The notes below the pieces were generated by a model. That model made no database searches. It was not told where the DNA came from and saw only the letters and a program-made list of their open reading frames with translations. A DNA stretch of 64,000 nucleotides from positions 4,992,001 through 5,056,000 of the forward strand of contig CAVUSO010000001.1 in NCBI GenBank assembly GCA_963744145.1. The letters are read 5' to 3'. The stretch comes from an uncultured cyanobacterium (GTDB lineage Bacteria > Cyanobacteriota > Cyanobacteriia > Cyanobacteriales > CAWUOF01). Below, one piece after another: positions 54,401 through 64,000 of the stretch (position 1 is the stretch's first letter; every line of letters starts with the position of its first letter). A program made the translations under genes and the position numbers.

Positions 54401-54859
54401 ATGGTTAAACAGATTGATCCTATGGTTAAACCCCAAGTTGCTAAAATGGTTATTTATCAGGGAGATCGTCTGTTATTGCAACTGCGAGATCATAAACCTG
54501 ATATTTTTTATCCCAATCACTGGGGATTATTTGGCGGAACAGTAGATTATGGGGAAACTCCAGCTGAGGCGATGAAGCGAGAACTAGAGGAGGAATTAGG
54601 TTGGACACCATCGGAGTTTAAGTTTTTGCTGACTTGGGAAGAATTAGTACCTCCTTGCATCACCTATATTTATGCTGCTCCTCTAACAGTAGCCACAGAT
54701 CAGTTAATCTTGACTGAAGGTCAAGCGTTAGGATTGTTTACTTTGGCAGAATTGCTTCAGTTGTCCACCGTTCCTCATCTTAAAGAAAATTTGCCCCAAG
54801 TAATTGAGGTCATAGCTTCTGAGAAACTACAGGAAAGTTGGCACTATCTCAATCATTAG
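54401..54859 (+). CDS. NUDIX hydrolase
   Basis: GGTVDYGETPAEAMKRELEEELG Nudix box. Confidence 0.92.
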   Translation: MVKQIDPMVKPQVAKMVIYQGDRLLLQLRDHKPDIFYPNHWGLFGGTVDYGETPAEAMKRELEEELGWTPSEFKFLLTWEELVPPCITYIYAAPLTVATDQLILTEGQALGLFTLAELLQLSTVPHLKENLPQVIEVIASEKLQESWHYLNH

Positions 54860-54892
54860 TATATTTCTGTTCTAGGTTAGAATTAGATAACT

Positions 54893-55545
54893 ATGCAACA
54901 ATTAAACTCACAAATTGATTTTGCTACTGATTACTTCAGTCAATTAGCTAATCTCAGTGAAAATTTTCAGGTCAGCGATCGTCAATCTAAGTCTCTTTCT
55001 TTTGCGGAAGGAATTAACCGTGCGGCTACTCTCGTATATCAACAAACTCAACAACAGAAAAAAGTAATTTTTATTGGTAATGGTGGTAGTGCTGCTGTCG
55101 CCAGTCACCAAGCAATTGATTACTGGCGAAATGGGGGGTTTCCGGCGATTGCCTTTAATGATGGGGCACTGCTTACTTGTATTAGTAATGACTTTGGCTA
55201 TGAACAAGTATTTAGCAAGCCAATAGCAACTTTTGCCCAATCCGGAGATATCTTGTTCGCGATTAGTAGTTCTGGACAATCAGCCAATATTTTGGCAGGT
55301 GCTAGTCAAGCCACTGAAGAAGGCTGTCATGTTATTACACTTTCAGCGTTCAAGCCAGATAATCCTCTACGTCAACTAGGGGGAATGTCAATTTTTATGT
55401 TCCGACTATGGCTTATGGTTTTGCGGAAATTACCCATTTATGTATTTGTCATTGTATTTTAGATGGGTTGATGAAAGGTAACTTACCTGAATCAGATATG
55501 GGTAATTACCAAGTTACTGAGATGATGGAGCATGAGCATCATTGA
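54893..55545 (+). CDS. SIS-domain phosphosugar isomerase (GmhA-like; frameshift in G-run near 55380)
   Basis: GNGGSAA.ASH, SNDFGY, ISSSGQS.N, then YGFAE.TH in the shifted frame. Confidence 0.82.
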
Positions 55546-55653
55546 AATCTAAATAAACCATTGTAATAAAAAGTTTTTTATAATCATAAGTTTCAAGTTT
55601 TGGCTCTGTTTGTAAAAATTACGTCGTTTAGTTTTTTAAAATAGGTTTAATAT

Positions 55654-58006
55654 ATGGCAATTGGGGTTGCAATATTTCAACTAATTTATCCTCTGTGGAA
55701 AAAAGGAGTTTTTAATAATTTCAAAACTGTTGTAGAATTTGGCGCACAAGATATATATTTTCCTGAAGTAAAACAACTAATAACATTATTAAAATCTGCT
55801 GGCTTTGCTCTTCCTAAGAATAATGTTATTACAACTCAAATGTTTTATGATTTTTTAGGATTTAAAATATATAAGTGTATCGATGCAGATGGACATAATA
55901 ACGCTTTAGTATTTGATATTAATAAAGATTTTGCCGAGGAATATAATTATCGAGAAAAATTTGACTTAGTTACAAATCTTGGAACGATAGAGCATTGCTT
56001 TAATCAATACAATGGCTTTAAAAATGCTCATAACCTATGTGCAACAAATGGGATCATGCTTCACTATAATTGTTTTCAAGGAAATGTAGATCATGGTTTC
56101 TATAATTACCAACCATGTTTTTTTATCGATTTAGCAAAAGCTAACAATTATCAAATATTGGGAATATATTGTAATTGTTATAAAAATGGCTTTCCTAGAG
56201 AATATGGTATTTATCCTTATAGTGAAAAACTAATAAATTTATTAAGTCCGGATACAAGTTTGGATCTATTCATAATTTTTAAAAAGACTAAAGAACAAGA
56301 ATTTCGGACTCCATTTCAAGATTTTTTTAGCCCGGCGAGTCGTCTAAATGAATATGAATATAACCGCTCAATAGAGTTAGATTCAGATGGTAATAATTCT
56401 AATTTTAACGATGATATTAAACCTGAAGAAAACCAACTTGAGCAAACCCAGGAGAAACTTGAAAAAACAGTTGAACATTGTTATGAAGCTATCCAAATCC
56501 AACCAAATTTTGCTGAACATTACCAAGCCCTAGGGAATGCTTTGCAAACACAAGGAAAAATAGAATCTGCTGTTCGCGCTTATTCAAAAGCATTACAAAT
56601 AAATCCTGGTTTGGCAGAAGCCTATTATTATTTAGCAAAAGTATTGTGTTTAGTACCTGGTTCCTTACATAACTTAACAATAATCAGATGTTGGGATGTA
56701 TTAATTGAGGTTGTTCCTGATCTAGCAATGATTGCTGTTCGGGAAGCGATCGCTGTTAAACCTGATTGGGTACAGCCCTACTTTTACTTAGGAAATATGC
56801 TTCTTTTTTGGGAAGGCGCGAAAAGAAGAGGCATTAGAAATATGGCAGAAAGGTAATCAAATACAAAAACAACTTGCTGAAATACGTCAGGTAAATAAGA
56901 AAGGAATCCGATTTATTACACCCTATTCTTGGGGAAATTTCCCGATTGGTCACATAGCAGAATTAGATACCTATGTAAAAATGGGCATTCTGGGCTGGCA
57001 TTCCTATTCCCAGACAATTTTGTTGGCTTATGGTTATATTGCCAATCCTTGTTACCTCAATTACTGGCGGCGTTATATTAATATTAATTCTGAGCCTTTA
57101 GAAATGCAAAATCTTCTGCCTACCGTTGAATATTTAGAAGAGTATCTAACTTTTACAACCCTTTTAGATGGACAAGTTGTATATCGTCCTGATGCCTATA
57201 TCCTTGTCCAAAAACAATGGGAAGCAGAGCGACGTTCACCATTACTTACTTTATTAGATTCAGATTACGAACGTGGTTGGGCTTGTTTACAAAAACTCGG
57301 TGTGCCTAAAAATGCTTGGTTTGTAGGCTTGCACGTTCGAGAACCGGGTTATCATAAACAATATAATAACTCAAACCGAGATGGTCGCAACGCAGACATT
57401 AGTACCTACATTTTAGCCATCCAGTCTATTGTCAATCGTGGTGGTTGGGTGATTCGGATGGGAGACTCTACGATGAAACCACTACCACCAATGAATCAGG
57501 TTATTGATTATGCCCATAGCAAAGCTAAAAGCGATTGGATGGACGTGTTTCTTTGGTCTCAATGTCGCTTTTTTATTGGTTCAGCTTCTGGACCGATATA
57601 TGTTCCTCCGACATTTGGTGTACCCTGTGTTATAACCAACTGGACAATCTTAGGTATTCGGCCCTTCTTTGGAAACAGTATATTTATTCCCAAACTTTTA
57701 TTTTCTGAACGGGAACAGCGTTACCTGAATTTCACTGAAATACTGTCTAATTCCATCGGTTACGTTAATGAAGCAACCAAATTTTTGGCTTCAATGGGCA
57801 TTAAAGTGATAGATAACACACCAGAGGAAATCAAAGAGTTAGTTATGGAAATGCTAGACGGTTTAGATGGTAAATTTAATTGTTCAGCTGAAGATTTAAA
57901 TTTGCAAAAAAAATTTAATATTTTGACCGAAACTTATCAAAGCTATGGGTTAGCTCCAATCGGACAATCTTTTTTGCGTAAATATGCTCAACTGTTATCA
58001 AATTAA
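55654..58006 (+). CDS. Methyltransferase-like + TPR + TIGR04372-like glycosyltransferase (probably one gene split by a frameshift near 56810)
   Basis: TNLGTIEH..HGFY; TPR motifs (YQALGNAL..G..A..Y.KAL..P); VGLHVRE, RNADI, VIRMGD, DNTPEEI. Confidence 0.7.
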
Positions 58007-58078
58007 CTTGACAATTGCAAAGATTTATCTTGATTTTGGATTAAAAAATATTTTTTTAAATTAAAAGGAGTTTATAAC

Positions 58079-59000
58079 ATGAGTCAGCCAACGTTATCTG
58101 TATTTATGCCTAACTATAATCAAGCACAATACATTAGTGAATCATTGCAGGCAATATTAGATCAGAGTTTTCAACCGATTGAAGTTATTATTGTTGACGA
58201 TTATTCTACCGATAATAGTATTGAAATTATCGAAAAATTTGCTAGAAGATATCCAATTATTCGCTTATTTCGTAATGAACAAAATCAAGGAGCAATTTTA
58301 ACTTGTAAAAAAGCGGTCGAAATTGCATCAGGAGATTATTTATTTGGTATTGCTTCCGACGACAAAATATTACCTGGATTATTTGAAAATTCTATAAATC
58401 TCTTTAAAAAATATCCGCAAGCTGGACTTTGTTGTTCAGACTTCATGACGCTTGATATTCAGACAGATGCTACTAGGGAACATAGATTGTATTTAAGTGA
58501 TAAACCCCGCTATTTTTCTCCAGATGAATTTCTCAAAATTATTTTGAATCGACCGATCAACGCAATGCCAATCTATGATCGCACCTGTGTAATGAGACGT
58601 GCTGTTGCAATGGAAGCGGGTGGATGTTTTACACCAGAACTACGCAACTATGGAGGTTGGTTTACACAATTTGTACTTGGCTTTAGATACGGTATTTGTT
58701 ATTTCCCTGAATTATCAGCAGTTCAAAGGATGACATCTGAACCATACCATAAAACTGAGCAGAAAAATTGCAGAGTCAATTTGAAGTTATTACATATATG
58801 ATTCAATTATTGGAAACGTCCCGCTTATGATGATGTCAAGTCATATTTTCAGCGTACCGTTAGCTTATCAATTATCCATTAATATTTTGCGGGTAGTTTC
58901 CAATTACCTCAAATATTGGAAATATATATCTCTTCGGTTCCTACAACATATATCAAGTTTAGATTTATTACTTGATCCGAGTTTAGAGCCACTCCGATCA
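58079..59000 (+). CDS. Glycosyltransferase family 2 (3' part disrupted, end approximate)
   Basis: SVFMPNYN, VDDYSTD, ASDD. Confidence 0.85.
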
Positions 59001-59110
59001 TAAAGGGAGAAATTGATGTCTCCGGGCAGCAATATTATTAAATTTAGGACGTTTAGTAGAAGCAAAAGAAGTAGCATTATCGGGATTAAAATGCCAACCA
59101 AATCATAAAA

Positions 59111-61430
59111 ATGCTCAGGTTATTTAAGCGAATTATTAAGCAAATACGAGCTAATAATATCGGCGATGCCAAGATCACAATATCTCGACTCCTTAATAGT
59201 CAATACTTCAGGTTTAGATCACCAACGTCAAGAACGACAAAAACTTGCTAATGAATGGCTGAACTTACCAACAGAACAACTTGAAAGTGCTTACTTAGGT
59301 GAAATTGGTAAAAGACATGAATTATTACTGAATAGTGGGATTAGAGATGAAGCTTTAACAGATAGCGAAAAGAATTTTGCTAATCAACTATCAACCCAAA
59401 TTGCTCAAGGATTTGCTGCACCGAAATCGGTTCAGTATCTATTAGCAGCGATGCTATATCGATCGGGCTGATCAACTACCTTTAAAATATGAACGTGCCC
59501 CCATTCCGAAATGGCTAGCAAATGACTATGTAAAATTTATGTTTAACTCTCCAAATATATTTCAAGAAATTGGAGAAGCCGATAATTATTATCGCTATAT
59601 GCAGGTATGGATCAATTACGTCTATGTTAATATTGTCAATCATCCAGAATCCCCAGTTTGGCAATCAGTTGCTTGGTTTTTCACCCAAAATAACTAACTT
59701 TATTCCCTTATATTTTAACACTGCAAATTTGCGAGACATCTACAAACAACGAGCAGAAATAATGGAGTTTGCATCTGAAACTTCGTGGCGCTCAAATTGA
59801 TTATATTTTTCCCGATCGCTCAGCGAACAGACCAAAAATTCGGTTCGGAATACTAAAAGAACATTTTTATCCCCAAACAGAAACATTTGCGATTTTACCT
59901 ACCTTTGAACACCTCAACCGAACCCAATTTGAAATTATTCTTTATGCTAATAATACCAACGGTCAACTTTTAGAACAATATTGTCAAAGTCGTGCGGACA
60001 AACTGGTGACACTCCCACATGATTTACCAGGTCAAGTACAAACAATCCGAGCTGATGACCTAGATATTCTTTTTATTGCCACTAATGTAACTGCTGTCAC
60101 TAAATTTACAACTTTACTACCATTGCATCGATTAGCTCGAATCCAACTTACCTCTTTTGCTGCTCCGGTCAGCACTGGGATGCGCCATATAGATTACTAC
60201 ATTGCTGGTAAACTAACTGCACCGATACCAACATCATCAGAGCAATATACTGAGCAATTAATCAATCTAGAAGATTCGGGTTTGTGTTTTCGTTATAGTG
60301 TTGAAGAAGACACTCCTCAGATTAAACCAACCAAAGCTAACTGGGGTGCAAACCAAGATTCAGTTGTATTTATTTCCGGTGCAAATTTTTATAAGATTAT
60401 TCCTGAGTTACGGGAAACCTGGGCAAAAATTATTGCATCTGTACCTAATTCTATCCTAGTTTTATATCCCTTTAACCCAAACTGGACTAATGTTTATCCA
60501 GGTGAAAATGCTTTTGTTAATCATCTACGCTCAGTATTTTCTCAGCATCAAATTGAGTCAACCCGGCTAATTTTGCTCAAAGCACTACCTAGTCCTGCTG
60601 ATATCAAAGAATGTTTAAAACTAGCTGATGTCTATCTCGACTCTTATCCATACGGGGGAGCAACTTCCTTAGTCGATCCCCTGACTGTAGGTTTACCCAC
60701 TGTCGTGATGGAAGGGAATGCGTTAAGGTTTAGACAAGCATCGGCTTTGTTGCGATCGCTGCAAATTCCCGATCTAATTACTAATAGTGAAGAAACCTAT
60801 ATCAAATTAGCTGTTTCCCTAGGTACTAATCCAAAATTGCGGCAACATTACCGTCAACAAATCCAGCAAAAAATGCAGCAAAATCCATCATTTTTAGATA
60901 GTCGTTCTTATTCAGCCCAAATAGGTGAATTATTTCAAGAACTGTTCCAAAAATGGCAAACTCAATCAGAAAATAATCAGATGGAAATATCTTCCCGTCC
61001 ACTTCTTGCTGCTAATCTCACCACGGAATTTATTAATCGTCTCCATGGTTGTGCAAATCTTTATTGGATCGATCCATCAGAACAATCTATTATCTTAGAA
61101 CTCCGTCAACTTCGTCAAGAACTAGCTAAGTTTTGGTTAAAAATTTCTCCCGGACAACTAGAAACTATTTATCAAAACCAACTAGCCAAAGCATATCAAG
61201 CTTTAATGAATAGTGGTTTCCGGAGTGAACCTTTGACCGAAACTGAACAAATCTTACTACAAGAATTAGTCCAGGAATTAGGAAAAGGGTTTGAACCACC
61301 TCTAGCTCTAAACTATTTGCTAGCAATTATGCCCTATTTACCTAGTGGGAAAATGCGAGTAACTGATGCTCATAATAATTTACCAAATTGGCTATTAAAA
61401 GAGTACCAGAGTTTTTTTGCAATTGACTAA
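59111..61430 (+). CDS. GT41 (OGT/SPINDLY/HMW1C-like) protein glycosyltransferase without TPRs; 5' part frameshifted, start approximate
   Basis: IRADDLDIL, RLARIQ, PVSTG..IDY, KIIPE..WAKI..VPNS.L, DVYLDSYPYGGATS..D.L..GLP.V. Confidence 0.8.
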
Positions 61431-61480
61431 TTTTAAACAAAATGCTTTCTAACAGATATCAACCTTTGGAAAAGTAAATT

Positions 61481-62683
61481 ATGGCAGAAGTAATTTATAG
61501 AGCTTCAATGTACGGGGCATTATTACATGCTAAAGGAAAAGGATTTTTACCTAAGACTGTTATAGATGTAGGAGCTGGACTGGGAACGTTTGAGCTTTAT
61601 GGAGCTTTTCCTGATGCCCAACATCTGTTAATTGAACCTATTCAAGAAAATGAAATATATCTTAAAAAAATTTGTCAAATTCTCGACAATGCTGAATATA
61701 TAATTGCCGCAGCTACAAAAGAAACGGAGGTTGTACCTCTTCAAGTTAGCACCAGTAACTATATCTATTCTTCTATTACTGAAAATCGAGAAGTTAATCC
61801 AGCATGTATGGAATTAAGGCAAATTCAAGCTATTACTTTAGATCGACTTTATAAAGATCGGAATTTATCAGGTCCATTTTTAATCAAAATTGACGTAGAT
61901 GGTAAAGAATTAGATGTACTTTATGGAGCTAGAGAAATTCTTAAAAATACAGAGATTGTGGTTATGGAAATTGCTATTTTCAATCAATTTCCGCTGATAA
62001 ACTTTATGAAAGAAGCAGGATTTATCATTTATGATATCGTTGATATTGGTTACACCCCAAATCAAGATTTATGGCAATTCGATCTCTTTTTTGTCAAAGA
62101 AAAAGGACAATTGGTAATAACAAATTATAGTGAAAACAAACAGCAAGAAGCAGAAGTAAATACATATTTAAGTACCTATCGGAAAAATATGATAGATCAT
62201 ATTGAAAATTTACTATTATATAAGCAGCAAAAATTAGAAGTTAATGATTTATACCTCAAAACTTATGTTGTAGATCCCCAATTAATTAATTATTTGCAGA
62301 CCTGTATCGATCGCTATATAAATAATCCGTCACAGGAATCTATTATTGCAGAACTGCGTCAACTTCGTCAAAAATTAGCTAATTCTTGGCTAAAAGCTCA
62401 TCCTTACCAACTAGAAACCATTTACCAAAATCACTTAATTAAAACCTATCAAGCTTTAATGAATAGTGGTTTCCGTAGTGAACCTTTGACCGAAACTGAA
62501 CAACCTTTATTTCAAGAATTAGCTCACCAATTAGGAAAAGGATTTACACAACCTCAAGCACTTAATTACCTATTAGCGATTATGCCCTATTTTCCTCAAG
62601 GTAAAATGCGGATAGTTGATGCTCAGGTTCATCTACCGCAGTGGTTACTCAAGGAATATCAGCAGTTTTTTGAAACTGTTTGA
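61481..62683 (+). CDS. FkbM-family methyltransferase with C-terminal helical domain shared with the GT41
   Basis: IDVGAG, IEP, TLD, KIDVDGKE; C-terminal ELRQLRQ...ALMNSGFRSEPLTETEQ. Confidence 0.85.
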   Translation: MAEVIYRASMYGALLHAKGKGFLPKTVIDVGAGLGTFELYGAFPDAQHLLIEPIQENEIYLKKICQILDNAEYIIAAATKETEVVPLQVSTSNYIYSSITENREVNPACMELRQIQAITLDRLYKDRNLSGPFLIKIDVDGKELDVLYGAREILKNTEIVVMEIAIFNQFPLINFMKEAGFIIYDIVDIGYTPNQDLWQFDLFFVKEKGQLVITNYSENKQQEAEVNTYLSTYRKNMIDHIENLLLYKQQKLEVNDLYLKTYVVDPQLINYLQTCIDRYINNPSQESIIAELRQLRQKLANSWLKAHPYQLETIYQNHLIKTYQALMNSGFRSEPLTETEQPLFQELAHQLGKGFTQPQALNYLLAIMPYFPQGKMRIVDAQVHLPQWLLKEYQQFFETV

Positions 62684-62806
62684 TTTTGACCCCAAGGAAA
62701 ACTAGAGATGCGATCGCCCTGAGCTGATCCCAAAATTAAGCTAAAATTAGCTAGGGACTAGCATAGCTACTTTGTTTAACCCTCAATATCAAAAATAATC
62801 TCGACT

Positions 62807-63268
62807 ATGTTAACTCAACCTGAACCAGCAACTAAGAGTTTATATGATACTGACTATCATCTCTGGATTCTAGAAACTCTGAGAAAATTAGAAAATAAGG
62901 ATTTCGAGTCTCTAGATTTAGAAAATTTAATTGAAGAGGTCTCGGATTTGAGTCGTCGAGAGAAAAGAAAGCTGGAAAGTTTATTAACTCGTTTGTTAGA
63001 ACACTTACTTAAGCTTAAATATTGGTATTCAGAAAAAGATCACAATCAAAATCATTGGCAAAGAGAAATTCGGAATTTCCGTAAGCAAATTAACCGAGAG
63101 TTGTTAGCGAGTCCTAGTCTGAGAAGTTATCTGTTGGAAAAGTTGGATGAACTTTATCAGGATGCGCGGGAGTTGGTGTCCGATGCTTCTGGGTTGTCTG
63201 TTAATGACTTTCCCCCAACTGCGATCGCTAATTTAGAACAAATTTTAGACGAAAATTGGTTACCTTGA
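62807..63268 (+). CDS. DUF29 family protein
   Basis: LYDTDYHLW, LDLENLIEE, LLEHLLKL, SPSL, LDENWLP. Confidence 0.9.
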   Translation: MLTQPEPATKSLYDTDYHLWILETLRKLENKDFESLDLENLIEEVSDLSRREKRKLESLLTRLLEHLLKLKYWYSEKDHNQNHWQREIRNFRKQINRELLASPSLRSYLLEKLDELYQDARELVSDASGLSVNDFPPTAIANLEQILDENWLP

Positions 63269-63317
63269 GTAAATTTGTAGAGATATTGCCAATAAAAATT
63301 AAAATGAGGGCGCTAAT

Positions 63318-63902
63318 ATGACAGTTACCTTACCACCAAAAAAACACCAAGAAACTAGGCTAATGCTAACAGAAATTAGCTGGTCACAAATGGCTGATAT
63401 TGAAAAAACTTTTACCAATATCGGTGGGGTCAGATTTTTATATTTAGACGGAATTCTGGAAATTATGACAATTAGCCCAGAGCATGAGGAAATCAAAAGT
63501 ACAATAGGTGCTTTATTAGAAGCTTACATGAGACAAAAGGGTATCAAATATTACATCAGAGGTGGATTTACTTTAGGAAACCAAGCACAAATGGCTAAAA
63601 AAGAACCCGATGAATCCTATAATTTTCAAACCAAAAAAGCCATTCCCGATCTAGTAATTGAAGTAATCTTTACCAGTGGTGGTATAGATATTTTAGAATT
63701 ATATAAAAGAATCGGCATTCCCGAAGTATGGCTGTGGCAAGATGGTGTATTAAGTATATATGATTTGAAATCAGAGTATGAAAAAGTCCAAAAGAGTCAA
63801 TTTTTACCAGAGCTTGACATAAATTTATTAGTGCAGTACAATAGTCATTATGACCAATATGAGGCTGTTAGCGAGTTTATTGAGGAGATTAAAAAAATCT
63901 AA
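63318..63902 (+). CDS. Uma2-family putative endonuclease
   Basis: YLDGILEIM..SPEHE, EPDESY, PDLVIEV, GIPEVW. Confidence 0.92.
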   Translation: MTVTLPPKKHQETRLMLTEISWSQMADIEKTFTNIGGVRFLYLDGILEIMTISPEHEEIKSTIGALLEAYMRQKGIKYYIRGGFTLGNQAQMAKKEPDESYNFQTKKAIPDLVIEVIFTSGGIDILELYKRIGIPEVWLWQDGVLSIYDLKSEYEKVQKSQFLPELDINLLVQYNSHYDQYEAVSEFIEEIKKI

Positions 63903-64000
63903 ATGCAAATGCAAGCTCATCAGACGGGAATCCTCACCATATACCGCACTTTTGCTCAGAGCTACGGTGAAGCCAACGGTCAGTGTGGATGGATTTTCTG

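Noticed and set aside
1..64000. CRISPR array or cas genes
   Set aside because: I found no regularly spaced repeat-spacer array; the TnpB sits in an IS with tnpA, so it is not called Cas12
1..64000. High frequency of GCGATCGC
   Set aside because: This is the well-known cyanobacterial HIP1; used only as a taxonomic clue

Overview
AT-rich cyanobacterial chromosomal segment; the HIP1 octamer GCGATCGC is abundant and the gene set looks like a filamentous cyanobacterium, though I cannot fix the taxon. 1-5 kb: an XRE/IrrE-type regulator, a complete IS200/IS605 element (tnpA + tnpB with identical terminal hairpins), a cupin, and a Uma2 gene bracketed by a 79-bp direct repeat. 5-32 kb: mostly intact core genes (Ser/Thr-His hybrid kinase, gmhB, GT9, ispD, WecB/TagA GT, menG/ubiE, sigC, gpsA, lipA, tRNA-Pro). 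A mobile-element graveyard at 19-21.5 kb holds two MITE types, REP-like palindromes, a dead toxin-antitoxin pair and a truncated DGR-type reverse transcriptase. 32-64 kb: an RTX Ca-binding surface protein gene diverges from a ~29-kb co-directional glycan-biosynthesis island. The island encodes an HldE-like enzyme, GmhA-like isomerase, split transketolase, 2OG-Fe oxygenase, two radical SAM enzymes, C- and O-methyltransferases, a pyranose mutase, GT2, a TIGR04372-like GT and a TPR-less GT41. Most genes between ~37.8 and 59.8 kb carry frameshifts or stops, which could be assembly error or real decay. The best candidates for new biology are (i) an RTX-protein glycosylation system built on a cytoplasmic GT41 and an unusual sugar pathway, and (ii) a 24-nt mobile hairpin element with a covarying stem that inserts in frame and into itself. 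All calls come from reading motifs by eye; no searches were run.
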